A DNA stretch of 64,000 nucleotides from Acidimicrobiales bacterium (GCA_965207755.1 OZ242297.1:2789816-2853815); one strand, 5' to 3'; counted from the stretch's first letter, positions 1-8,859 are shown. A program made the numbers and translations. Notes: a model not told the origin generated them from the letters alone.

Positions 1-2104
1 CGAAGTCGATTCCGCAGATGACAGTTTCGGTTGGAAACGTAAAGGGAGGGTTCCTGCCTTCTGGCTTGCGCAGGCGGGAGATGTTGCTTGGCTCGATGAT
101 GAGAGCGGCACCCCACGCAAGCCAGCTGAGTTACGCGTTCGAACGCCGGGTACCGAGGCAATCTATGGCCCCAACTCCCGGGACTACCTGCATGCTGACC
201 TCGATCAGCCAATTCGTCGCGTGGTCTTGACGGCGCTTGGAGTCTCAAGTGATCCCAGTCGATCCGAACTCGTAGCACGGCTTCGGGAACTTCGCAGTGC
301 CTCAGACGAGGACGAGATCTCTTCTGAGGACCTGCGACGCGACGCTGCGCTCATCTACCGGGCGATCGCACGAGGCCTCAACGATGCGGACAGCGACGCT
401 GACCTGAACGCAAGTCAACTGAGAGCTGAATTCACGCGTCATCGTCTCGTACTAACGAATCTCGGCTGGTTGTCTCCCCAGAATGTGCTCGCGGGGCCAC
501 CGATCTTTGGACATTATCGCGCGTTCGCCCCCGCAATTTCGGATTGCGGGCCGCTGTGGCTCGCGCTGCGTCTGCGGCGACCCTCCGCGAGCGACTGCCT
601 GGAGGTCCTCGCGAAGATCGCATACCGTCGCCGAGACGCACCTGATCGTGCCGAGGAGGCGATTCTGCTTGAGACGCTGCGCACACTCGCCAAGCACCTC
701 GCGAAACAGAACACAATCGAGCGCCGGAAGCTGACAAGATTGGCTCTGTGGACGAGCGCAGGGTGGACGCGTGCCCGCCCTGTTTACGCGACCGACGACC
801 CGGTCCTCGCCGCCGGGCTCGGTGATCGCCTTCCCATTTGGCGACCGGGCGGCGGGATTGAACAGTTCCGTTCGCTGCTCGGACCGTTGCGCGTCACGAG
901 AATCCGAGCCGACGAAGCCCGAGTGATCGATCCTGAACTTGCGGAAGAAAAACAGGACTTAACGGAGCTTTTTCGCGAGTCGCTTGAACTGCTGCACGAC
1001 GACCTACAACGCCACGACCCAGCACTCGGCCAGGGCCTCACCGTGCCATGGGACAGGCTGGCGCTGTACGCCGTCAAAGTACTCCCGTCTCTTTCGCTCG
1101 AGATTAGCGCTGCAGGACGAGAATACGACTGCGAGGTGACCGCCAAGGTCGATACCACCTGTGCCACGGTCTTCGTCAGAGAAGCAGCGGCGCTCTCTCG
1201 CGTGGATGGGGGAGGCAGAGCGTTAGCAGCGCTCTTCGAGGGCGAAGCGCGGCTCGTCGCACAAGCATGGCGAGCCGCGTGCGATCAAGCCGAGGAAGGG
1301 ATCAAGGCGCGACGCGTTCCGCTCGCCAGCGAACTCGCTGCGCGGGAGAGGGCGGAACTTGATGCTCGACTTGCGGAGTGGGGAGAGAACGTCGCGAAGA
1401 AGCACCACTCGCCTCAAGGTCCCGCCGGAGAGAGGACAAAGAAGGCTCCTCAATCCGGCTCCGGAGCAGACAAGCACGAAAAGCGAGGGCAGTCTTCACC
1501 CGTGACCGCTCTCCGAGTACTCGTGGACCCTCAAGCACTCATGCTTGTCGACCCGAAGGGACGCACTGACCATAAATCCTCCGATATCGAGAACCGCACC
1601 GGTGAGAGCGCAACTTCCGACCGCGTTCTCAAGGAACCTAAGGGCAGCTCCCGCAGACCGCAGAATAGGTCTGCCTTGCGCGGCTACTCCGACCTGGACA
1701 AGGAAAACGTAGGATTCGAGCTTCTGCAGGTGCTGTTGGGCACGGACCAGGACGAACTCGTCGACCTGCGCACCCAGCGTGGGGTCGGTGCCGATGCCAT
1801 CGATCAGCTGAAGAAGTACTACGAACTAAAGGTCTTCGCTGGTGCCGAACCGGACCGAGTGACACTAACGGACTCCGAAGTACAGCGAGCACTCACCACG
1901 GCTGACTTCTTTCTCGTAGTCGTATCCAACGTTGAGGAGAGCGATGAAGCCCAGCCCACCATCCGCGTTGTGATCGATCCCCTGGAGCAGTTGCGTCCGA
2001 CCGACCGAGGTGCAATCACCCTCTCGGGACTGCGCGACGCTACGAGCCGCGTCTATAGGTTCGCTTCGACCGATGACGAGCAGCAGTTGATCGACGACGA
2101 GTAG
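1..2104 (+). CDS. C-terminal 700 aa of a large protein (5' end outside the window) ending in a DUF3883-like, restriction-endonuclease-fold domain
   Basis: The frame of the 221..2104 ORF stays open without a stop back to nt 2 and gives a protein-like translation (EVDSADDSFGWKRKGRVPAFWLAQAGDVAWLDDESG...). The GTG at 221 is therefore probably internal. The C-terminus (GFELLQVLLG...RGVGADAIDQLKKYYELKVFAG...LTDSEVQRAL..FFLVVVSNVE) fits the DUF3883 pattern of GxDI, then ExK, then a trailing hydrophobic strand. Confidence 0.6.
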   Translation, partial: EVDSADDSFGWKRKGRVPAFWLAQAGDVAWLDDESGTPRKPAELRVRTPGTEAIYGPNSRDYLHADLDQPIRRVVLTALGVSSDPSRSELVARLRELRSASDEDEISSEDLRRDAALIYRAIARGLNDADSDADLNASQLRAEFTRHRLVLTNLGWLSPQNVLAGPPIFGHYRAFAPAISDCGPLWLALRLRRPSASDCLEVLAKIAYRRRDAPDRAEEAILLETLRTLAKHLAKQNTIERRKLTRLALWTSAGWTRARPVYATDDPVLAAGLGDRLPIWRPGGGIEQFRSLLGPLRVTRIRADEARVIDPELAEEKQDLTELFRESLELLHDDLQRHDPALGQGLTVPWDRLALYAVKVLPSLSLEISAAGREYDCEVTAKVDTTCATVFVREAAALSRVDGGGRALAALFEGEARLVAQAWRAACDQAEEGIKARRVPLASELAARERAELDARLAEWGENVAKKHHSPQGPAGERTKKAPQSGSGADKHEKRGQSSPVTALRVLVDPQALMLVDPKGRTDHKSSDIENRTGESATSDRVLKEPKGSSRRPQNRSALRGYSDLDKENVGFELLQVLLGTDQDELVDLRTQRGVGADAIDQLKKYYELKVFAGAEPDRVTLTDSEVQRALTTADFFLVVVSNVEESDEAQPTIRVVIDPLEQLRPTDRGAITLSGLRDATSRVYRFASTDDEQQLIDDE

Positions 2105-2334
2105 ACCCCGCGCTGGGCTCAGCTTGCAAGCACAAGGGCACGGCTACCCGTCGTCGCAACTGTGTCGGCGAACACCGCGAGCACCTGATGTATGGACTCC
2201 GCCGTGCTCCTCTGAGCGGACGTTGGGTGTGCTAGGGCAGAGGACGACAGACCTGGTTGCACGATACCGATCTCTCCGTGCCTCAAGGCTGGCCTGCACT
2301 CCCAGCTAAGCCCTCGACGCTTCATCCCCGAACG

Positions 2335-3210
2335 TTATGAGCCGAGGTAGACCAACAGCCGCGCGAGACCATCGCTCCCGTCGACCACGGTCGCGGCGGG
2401 GGACTCTTGGCCGGTCAGGCGACGGCGGAGACTCGCCCAGAGTTGCGGGTCGTGGTAGCGAGACCGACTGCGGAGAGCTTGGCCGACGACAACCTGAAGG
2501 TCATTCACCCTCAGAGACGGAGCGCCACCAGCTGCTTTAGAGTGCCACAGCGACAGGTGCACTACTCCGCCTGGCGTGTGCTCGATGACAATGTGATCGG
2601 CGATCTCCCCAGAGCCATCGTTGCACAGGATCCAGCGGTGCTCAGCGCGACGAGGTTGCTGTCGCAGGTACTCCTCGACGCCCTCGTGAATTGAGACACC
2701 GAGCCCCTTGCGCGCGGCGGTCTCGCGGGTCTCCGACTCGATGTCTACGCCCCGAGCCTTCCAATTGATCGTCTCGATGTCTCGATGATCGAAGCGGCCC
2801 GCATTCCCTCCGTTCACATCGAAAATCTCGCGGCCCTGGACCGCTTCGCCCGAAGCAAAATAGACTATCGGTGGGTAGCGGTCCAGGAACTCCGTGAAAG
2901 CAAAATCTTCGCTGTATCCGTGCTTGACGCGGATTCCTGTCCCACGGTCCTCGGCTCCCCCGCCACAGATCAGCACTCCCGTCCAACACACGGTCTGAGT
3001 GCCGAGGCTTCGATCTGTCATCAGTGCGACAATGGGGAGTTCCCGAGCGGTGGTATTCGGCAGGGTCAACCCGCCTGTGGGATCGACGCCAGCGTGAAGT
3101 TCAAGGTCCTCCACAGAACCGATGAGCGTGTTCAACGGCGTCACCAACTGTAAGCCCCCAACAGCGACCGCTTGGTTCATCTCGACTGCGATCGGATCGA
3201 TAGCGGCCAT
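2335..3210 (-). CDS. helicase-coupled protein with a putative Mrr-like PD-(D/E)xK-type nuclease core
   Basis: The ORF lies directly downstream of the helicase. An alternative in-frame ATG at 3180-3178 overlaps the helicase stop (3179-3177) as ATGA. The C-terminal segment ILCNDGSGEIADHIVIEH..VHLSLWHSKAAGGAPSLRVNDLQVVVGQALRS resembles the Mrr-cat layout (DGGID ... QCK ... V..V..L.G) with HSK in place of QxK. This assignment is pattern recognition only. Confidence 0.55.
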   Translation of the reverse strand: MAAIDPIAVEMNQAVAVGGLQLVTPLNTLIGSVEDLELHAGVDPTGGLTLPNTTARELPIVALMTDRSLGTQTVCWTGVLICGGGAEDRGTGIRVKHGYSEDFAFTEFLDRYPPIVYFASGEAVQGREIFDVNGGNAGRFDHRDIETINWKARGVDIESETRETAARKGLGVSIHEGVEEYLRQQPRRAEHRWILCNDGSGEIADHIVIEHTPGGVVHLSLWHSKAAGGAPSLRVNDLQVVVGQALRSRSRYHDPQLWASLRRRLTGQESPAATVVDGSDGLARLLVYLGS

Positions 3211-5201
3211 TCGCTAATCGCTCTCCCCCGCGGGACTTGAGGCAGGAGCGGCGAGCCGTCGCCGCTTCGGGGGAACCAGAGCAGTTCCGCAGCCTCGGTC
3301 ACCCACGCGGCGTAATCGACCAGAGTCTTGTATCGACGCTGCCAAATCTTGCCCTTCTCCAAGGCGGCCCCAACGGTCGTCGAACCCTGACTCACGCGGA
3401 TCTGCATCATCACGTGCCCTAGGGCAGTTTGAGTTGTCTCGATTGAGCCGAGATCGATATAAGTGCTGCTGCCCGCTCTGGTCTTGTAGGCCGTGCCTCT
3501 CGTGCCTGCAAGGATGTTCCGCATTCCAATCGACGACACCGATATCCGCGGGAGACTCTGGAGATAGCCGTCGAGTCGCTCAGGATCGACAACGGAGGCG
3601 TTCTCCGGGACGTTGAGAATCTTGACGACTGCGTCCCCGATGCGTTTGTCCTCCGCGTCGACGAAGAGAAGCGATGGCAGACCGATTCGAGGAGCCGCTC
3701 GATACGAAATCACGGTCAGGCCGTACTCGATCGACTCGACCGATGAGTCAGTGCACCACCTTGGCGTTGAGCGACGGCGAGTTACCAGCACAATGAGTCT
3801 GCCGTGGTCGGCGACGAGTGCCGTGAGTATCTCAGCGCCGCCGAGAGAGCGCCCTACATCAAGCTCGGCCGGTAACGAGGTACCTTCGGCGACGGGCTTC
3901 CAGAGCGGTTCAGCTACCTCGAAGACCGTGGGCGTTGGCATCGGCTGAAGATGCATGGGATCGATGCGCCCCTGCCTGAGTTCAAGCGCATCAGCGAAGT
4001 CACGAGCCGCCTTGTCCGCCTCAATCTCAGCGTCGACGATCCCCGGCAGGATCGTTGCCCAGTCTGCATCCTCCTTATAGAGGTCGCGCACGACCGACTG
4101 AAGTTCCGGATACACATCTCCATCGTCAACGGTCACTAGGACGGACTCTTGGGGGTATTCCTCACTAACCCGGGCGAGACGACCGACCAGTTGAACGGTC
4201 GCAGGCAACGACTTGTGCTTGTCGTGGTATGCAACCAGGCGGAGACGTGGTAGGTCGTATCCCTCACCAAGCATCCCCACGACGCTGACCGCCTGCAGAG
4301 ATCCGTCCTTGAGCCTCCCTGTAATCGACTCGTAGTCGGAGGAAGATGTCTTCTGCGTCAGCGGCTCGATGTTGATACCTGCCTCTCGATGCAGATCAGC
4401 AAGCTCACCTGCCCGCTGGATGGAAGAGGCGCGGACCATCAGAGCACTTGATCGATGTTCAGGCCGCGCCGCGATCCGCACGACCTCATCGAGGATCATT
4501 CGGTCCTTCGTCTCGTGCGTAAGGGGCTCGGGCCGCGGAAGGACAAGTGGCCGTACGGGCCTGTAGAAGCTCTGATCGATTGCCTGCCGAAGCGGGAAGT
4601 GGAAGATGTTCGTTCCTGGCAGACGTTTATTGTCGAGCCTGAACGGGGTGGCTGTCAGAAGCAACGCAGAGCGAGAGTCGAGATGCTCAAGAATCGCGCT
4701 CCAAGTCCGCGAGGGAACGTGATGAGCCTCGTCCACGATCACAAGATCGAACATCCCGCTCGGAGGGACTGACACGTCGGCAGCGGAGGCTGGACTAACT
4801 GACTGCGGGATGGCAACAACGACATCCGCAGCAGCCGCTGCGTCCCAGTCGGTCGAGGTCCCGGTGACCTTATGAACTCGAAGCCTCGGACGACGACGCC
4901 TGTGGGGAAGGGCGCCAATGCTCCGCAGAAGATCCAAGTCCGCGAACTGAGGAACGGTCTGTTCTCGCAGCGCCCTCGACGGGACCAGCACTAGGACACG
5001 CTTCGGGGGCTCCGGTGTCACGAAGGGCGCTGCGAGGGCTACGCCAGTCTTGCCGGTGCCCGTTGGTAGGGAGATGAGAGCAGGTTCAGCGGGCGTCAAT
5101 GTCCAATGAGCTAGAAGCGCACCGAGTGCTCCACGCTGCGGAGCTCGCCAGCCATCAGCTGCGATCCGAAACGAAGTCCTTCCCGACTCGAACAGGCTCA
5201 T
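3177..5201 (-). CDS. SF2 DEAD/DEAH-box helicase (ResIII/XPB-like core) with an uncharacterised C-terminal region of about 270 aa
   Basis: Helicase motifs are present: I LPTGTGKTG, Ia VLVPSRALREQT, II VIVDEAHH, III LLLTATPF and VI QLVGRLAR. The ATG is at 5201. Confidence 0.85.
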   Translation of the reverse strand: MSLFESGRTSFRIAADGWRAPQRGALGALLAHWTLTPAEPALISLPTGTGKTGVALAAPFVTPEPPKRVLVLVPSRALREQTVPQFADLDLLRSIGALPHRRRRPRLRVHKVTGTSTDWDAAAAADVVVAIPQSVSPASAADVSVPPSGMFDLVIVDEAHHVPSRTWSAILEHLDSRSALLLTATPFRLDNKRLPGTNIFHFPLRQAIDQSFYRPVRPLVLPRPEPLTHETKDRMILDEVVRIAARPEHRSSALMVRASSIQRAGELADLHREAGINIEPLTQKTSSSDYESITGRLKDGSLQAVSVVGMLGEGYDLPRLRLVAYHDKHKSLPATVQLVGRLARVSEEYPQESVLVTVDDGDVYPELQSVVRDLYKEDADWATILPGIVDAEIEADKAARDFADALELRQGRIDPMHLQPMPTPTVFEVAEPLWKPVAEGTSLPAELDVGRSLGGAEILTALVADHGRLIVLVTRRRSTPRWCTDSSVESIEYGLTVISYRAAPRIGLPSLLFVDAEDKRIGDAVVKILNVPENASVVDPERLDGYLQSLPRISVSSIGMRNILAGTRGTAYKTRAGSSTYIDLGSIETTQTALGHVMMQIRVSQGSTTVGAALEKGKIWQRRYKTLVDYAAWVTEAAELLWFPRSGDGSPLLPQVPRGRAISEWPLSIRSQSR

Positions 5202-5299
5202 CTCTCAGGACACTCCAGACATCCGGCTTCGCCGATTCGCCTCGCACGCTGAGCACAATTCTTGGGAGACGCGGCACCCCCTGTCGTTCGCGTGCTTCA

Positions 5300-5608
5300 C
5301 TACAACGCCTCTGACAAGCGATGCAGCGTCTGCGGTAGGGGCGGTCCATGGAATTGGTGCCTGGCAACAACTGCGCGGGCCCTAGCCGCCAACAGATCAA
5401 GTTGTTCCGCGAATTGCGTCGTCCCAAGATTCCGGTAGTGGTCAGCATTGGCCCGCAGTGCCGCGTAGACATCGGTCCACGCCTTCGCCCCTCCTTTGCG
5501 GTAGCCCTGTTCAAGACGTTCGATGACCGATGCTGCTCGGTCGAAGACGGTGCGCCGCTCCCACTCCTCCGCCATTGGTGGTGAGTCTGGTTTGAACAAC
5601 TGGTCCAT
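5300..5608 (-). CDS. hypothetical small helical protein upstream of the helicase
   Basis: A 102-aa ORF lies on the same strand about 100 nt upstream of the helicase start. An alternative start is at MAEEWERR (about 5575). I recognise no motif. Confidence 0.3.
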   Translation of the reverse strand: MDQLFKPDSPPMAEEWERRTVFDRAASVIERLEQGYRKGGAKAWTDVYAALRANADHYRNLGTTQFAEQLDLLAARARAVVARHQFHGPPLPQTLHRLSEAL

Positions 5609-5986
5609 GGGCTATCTCCTGGCAGCAGCGGCGCGCCCGACTGAGATCTCCGGCCCGCCAATGAGGTGACAGGAGTGCAACTACACCAGTGTCAGATCCA
5701 CCTTAGTGACTCAGGCGTTTCGGTTGATTCCCTTCGCCAAAGCATCGACATCACGAGCCACCAGCCGGCCAATGCTGCTTCTCACGGCAAAAAGTTGGCC
5801 CGACGATCGTTCGCCCCGGATCGCTCGCAGCCTCGTCGCGATGGCCTTCTCAGAACCGTTCTGACATGTCGGATAACGAAGCTTCACAGATCGTCCGTTA
5901 GAATTCTCGTTAGAAGTTTGGCCGATTCTGGAGTTATCCACAGGTTAGCCTAGATCAGAAATGTGCTCTGACCTTGGCTTTTTTTG

Positions 5987-6061
5987 TCGGGCTGGGGAGA
6001 TTTGAACTCCCGACCTTCGGTCCCCCAGACCGACGCGCTAACCAAGCTGCGCCACAGCCCG
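5987..6061 (-). tRNA. tRNA-Pro (anticodon GGG)
   Basis: The reverse complement folds as a cloverleaf: CGGGCTG TG GCGC AGCTTGGTTA GCGC G TCGGT CTGGGGG ACCGA AGGTC GGGAG TTCAAAT CTCCC CAGCCCG A. It has a 7-bp acceptor stem, GGG at positions 34-36 and G37. CCA is not encoded. Confidence 0.93.
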
Positions 6062-6079
6062 CAGAGGCGAGGTTAGCGG

Positions 6080-6292
6080 CTACAGCAGGAGGGCGACACC
6101 CTGCACCGCCCGCCACACGAGGTAGACCGCGGCGCCGCCCACAAGCAGCCAGAAGTGCCACGGGATGCGCTCCGCGGCCGCCGCCGGGCGCTCATCCGGG
6201 TGCTGGACCTCGCGGCCGCAGGCCGGGCACCCGCCCTCGGCGGTGAGCGTGGCCGGAGTCAGGTACCGCTCGCAGGACCGGCACCAGGCCAT
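6080..6292 (-). CDS. small zinc-ribbon (CxxC...CxxC) membrane protein
   Basis: The 70-aa ORF begins MAWCRSCERY...GGCPACGREV and ends in a hydrophobic helix (WHFWLLVGGAAVYLVW). It lies immediately downstream of the phosphatase gene. Confidence 0.5.
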   Translation of the reverse strand: MAWCRSCERYLTPATLTAEGGCPACGREVQHPDERPAAAAERIPWHFWLLVGGAAVYLVWRAVQGVALLL

Positions 6293-6296
6293 GGGC

Positions 6297-7376
6297 TCAG
6301 TCTCGGCGGATGGCCATAATGGCGGTGTCGTCGCCGATCGAGCCGCCCGCGAAGTCCTTGGCCGCGTCCAGCAGCGACTTGCACAGCACGTCGGGGGCCG
6401 CGTTGAGGTCGCGCTCCACCGAGCGGATGATCCGGTTCTCGCCGAACATCTGGCGACCGGCGCGGGCCTCGGCCAGGCCGTCGGTGTACATCACCACCAG
6501 ATCGCCCGACGCCATCGGGATCTCCCGCGAGAAGTACGTCGCCCGCGGGTCGAGCATCAGCAGGGGGCCGGTAGAGCGCAGCGGCCTGGTGCCCTCCCCA
6601 TGGAACAAGAACGCGGCCGGGTGCCCCGCCGACGAGTAGCGCAGCGTCCCGGCCTCGGTGTCGAACACCACCACGCACGCCGATATGAACTCCTCGTTGC
6701 GGTCCCCCGCCGACAGCTGCGCGTTGATCTCCTCGAAGGCCTGGGCCGGGTCGCGGAACTGGCGCAGGAACACCCTCAGCAGGTACTTGGCCTGGAACGC
6801 GGTGATCGACGACTCGATGCCGTGGCCGGCCACGTCTCCGATGACCGCGGCCACCCGGTGGCGCCCCACCCGGTGTACGTCGAAGAAGTCGCCCGCCATC
6901 AGCCCCGAGCCCGCCTGGTAGACCCGGCCGATCTCGAACCCGCTGAAGTCCGGCACCTCCTCGGGCGCCAGCCGGGCCGCCCACGCCTTGGGCGCCAGCT
7001 GCTCCTGCTCGAGGGCCTGCTCGGCCCGGCGCTCCAGCGCGTAGCGGTTGCGGGCCATGCGTACCTCTTCGAGCGCGGAGCGCCCCCACCACACCGACAT
7101 CACCGCGGGCACTCCCAGCACGCCCAGCACGACGGTGATGTTGTCGAGGCCCGCCCGGCCCACCAGCAGCGCCACCGGCACCAGCAGGCCGTAGACGACG
7201 GCGCCGTGGACGTCCTTGCGGTAGCCGGCCTCGGCCAGGGCCAGCGCCTCGGGGTGGGTGCCGGCGTCGCCCTCGATCAGGCGGACGAACCGCTGGCGGT
7301 GGCGGGACGAGCGGATGTAGAACACCGTGGCCAGGGCGCAGCTCAGGGCCAGAAGATCGAGAACGATCGTCACCAC
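6297..7376 (-). CDS. membrane-anchored PP2C/SpoIIE-family serine phosphatase
   Basis: N-terminal TM segments are followed by PP2C-like motifs: GDFFDV, AAVIGDVAGHG, YSSAGHP, MYTDGL and DDTAIMAIR. Confidence 0.85.
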   Translation of the reverse strand: MVTIVLDLLALSCALATVFYIRSSRHRQRFVRLIEGDAGTHPEALALAEAGYRKDVHGAVVYGLLVPVALLVGRAGLDNITVVLGVLGVPAVMSVWWGRSALEEVRMARNRYALERRAEQALEQEQLAPKAWAARLAPEEVPDFSGFEIGRVYQAGSGLMAGDFFDVHRVGRHRVAAVIGDVAGHGIESSITAFQAKYLLRVFLRQFRDPAQAFEEINAQLSAGDRNEEFISACVVVFDTEAGTLRYSSAGHPAAFLFHGEGTRPLRSTGPLLMLDPRATYFSREIPMASGDLVVMYTDGLAEARAGRQMFGENRIIRSVERDLNAAPDVLCKSLLDAAKDFAGGSIGDDTAIMAIRRD

Positions 7377-7500
7377 GGGCGCCCCTCCCCTCGGTCTCGT
7401 GGCCCACTGCCGCTCCCATCGTACCGCCTCGGAGCGACGCCAGGGGTGCGGAACCCGCTCAGGACTCCGCCCGGGCCGCCGACCGGCCCCGGACGGCGGG

Positions 7501-8859
7501 CTACTCGTCGCGGCGGCGGACCCGGAACTTGAGCGCGGTGGCGCCCAGGTCGAAGCTCTCGCGCAGCCTGCGCTCGATGTAGCGCAGGTACGTGCGGGGC
7601 AGGGCGCGGTTGGCGAACAGCGTGAACGTCGGCGGGTCGGTGGCCACCTGCGTGGCGTACAGGATGCGGGCCCCCGCCGGCGCGGGCTGGGCGCTCTGGG
7701 CGGCCCGCACCGCGTCGTTGACCCTCCTGGTGGGGATGCGGGTGCGGTACCCGGCCACCGCCGCGCTCAGCGACGGCCACAGCCGGGACACGCCCTTGCC
7801 GCTGAGGGCGCTGATGCGCAGCACCGGCGGGTCGCCCAGGAAGCCCAGCCGGTCCTGGACGTCGCGGCCCAGGTCGAGGCGGGTCCCGGTGTCGGCCAGA
7901 TCCCACTTGTTGAGCAGGATCACGACCGGGCAGCCCGCGGCATCGACCCGCTCGGCCAGGCGCTGGTCCTGATGGGTCACACCCACCGACGAGTCGATCA
8001 CCAGCAGGGCCACGTCCGCGGTGTCGACCGCCCGCAGGGCCCTCACCAGCGAGTAGTACTCGGTGCCGGAGTCGATCCGGGCCCGGCGGCGCATCCCGGC
8101 GGTGTCGATGAACCGGACCGGTCCCTCGTCGGTCTCGACGAGAGTGTCGATGGCGTCGCGGGTGGTGCCCGGCAGGTCGTGCACGATGGCGCGGTCTTCG
8201 CCTGTCAGCCGGTTGAACAGCGTCGACTTCCCGGCGTTGGGCCGGCCCACCAGCACCACCGAGAACGCCTCGGCCGCAGCGGCCGCCAGGCCCCCGCCGG
8301 CCGGGTCGGCGGCCGGTCCGGGCGGCGCGTCCGGCGCGGTCGAGGCACCGGCCGCGTCGAGGCGGGCGACGAGCTCCTCCAGCAGGTCGCCGGTGCCGCG
8401 GCCGTGCAGCGCGCTGACCTGGTGGGGCGTGCCGAGACCGAGCCCCAGCAGCTCCCACACCGAATCGGCCTGCGCCGCGTGGTCGACCTTGTTGGCCACC
8501 ACCATCACCGGCACGTCGGCGGAGTGCAGCACCCGGGCGACCTGCTCGTCGTCGGCGGTCGGCCCCACCGACGCGTCCACCACGAACAGCACCGCGTCAG
8601 CCTCGCGCACCGCCCGCTCCGCCTGGGCGCTGACCTTGGCGTCGAGGTCGTCGCGGGAGGCGCTCCAGCCGCCCGTGTCGAGCAGCGTGAAGCAGCGGCC
8701 CTGCCACTCGGCGTCGACCGCCTTGCGGTCCCGGGTGACGCCGGGGCGCTCCTCGACGATCGCCTCGCGGCGACCCAGGATGCGGTTCACCAGCGTCGAC
8801 TTGCCGACGTTGGGCCGGCCGACCACGGCCACCACCGGGTTCACGACGGCGCCGGACAT
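7501..8859 (-). CDS. der: ribosome-associated GTPase Der/EngA (two tandem GTPase domains plus KH-like C-terminus)
   Basis: The protein starts MSGAVVNPVVAVVGRPNVGKSTL (ATG at 8859). A second P-loop VVLVGRPNAGKSTL is present, plus DTGG and DTAG motifs. The upstream part of the 1,000-aa ORF 7501..10503 is a shadow frame over the DUF512 gene. Confidence 0.95.
   Translation of the reverse strand: MSGAVVNPVVAVVGRPNVGKSTLVNRILGRREAIVEERPGVTRDRKAVDAEWQGRCFTLLDTGGWSASRDDLDAKVSAQAERAVREADAVLFVVDASVGPTADDEQVARVLHSADVPVMVVANKVDHAAQADSVWELLGLGLGTPHQVSALHGRGTGDLLEELVARLDAAGASTAPDAPPGPAADPAGGGLAAAAAEAFSVVLVGRPNAGKSTLFNRLTGEDRAIVHDLPGTTRDAIDTLVETDEGPVRFIDTAGMRRRARIDSGTEYYSLVRALRAVDTADVALLVIDSSVGVTHQDQRLAERVDAAGCPVVILLNKWDLADTGTRLDLGRDVQDRLGFLGDPPVLRISALSGKGVSRLWPSLSAAVAGYRTRIPTRRVNDAVRAAQSAQPAPAGARILYATQVATDPPTFTLFANRALPRTYLRYIERRLRESFDLGATALKFRVRRRDE

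Larger units (their letters stand above)
1..5986. mobile_element. putative horizontally acquired genomic island; only the right-hand part is in the window, and it abuts the 3' end of tRNA-Pro
   Basis: G+C is visibly lower than in the rest of the window. Hand counts of single 60-nt lines give about 52-67% here, against mostly above 70% to the right of 6,080. The region ends about 35 nt from the 3' end of tRNA-Pro. Its cargo is helicase- and nuclease-like rather than housekeeping. No integrase or att repeat is visible inside the window. Confidence 0.45.

Noticed and set aside
18-230. A 70-aa ORF at the window start
   Set aside because: Its translation is poor, and it overlaps a frame that is open to the window edge and continuous with the 221..2104 protein. 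It is most likely a shadow ORF.
2119-2325. A 68-aa minus-strand ORF in the convergent spacer between the DUF3883 gene and the nuclease-like gene
   Set aside because: It has no RBS and no recognisable motif, and it sits in a 230-nt terminator-type spacer. The evidence is insufficient.
5609-5986. An integrase or att site between the small ORF and tRNA-Pro, and the 76-aa and 95-aa ORFs there
   Set aside because: No tyrosine- or serine-recombinase motifs are present. The 5711..5941 minus-strand ORF has only a vague HTH-like stretch (RLRAIRGERSSGQL). No copy of the tRNA 3' end is visible within the window, so the island borders cannot be proven from this sequence.
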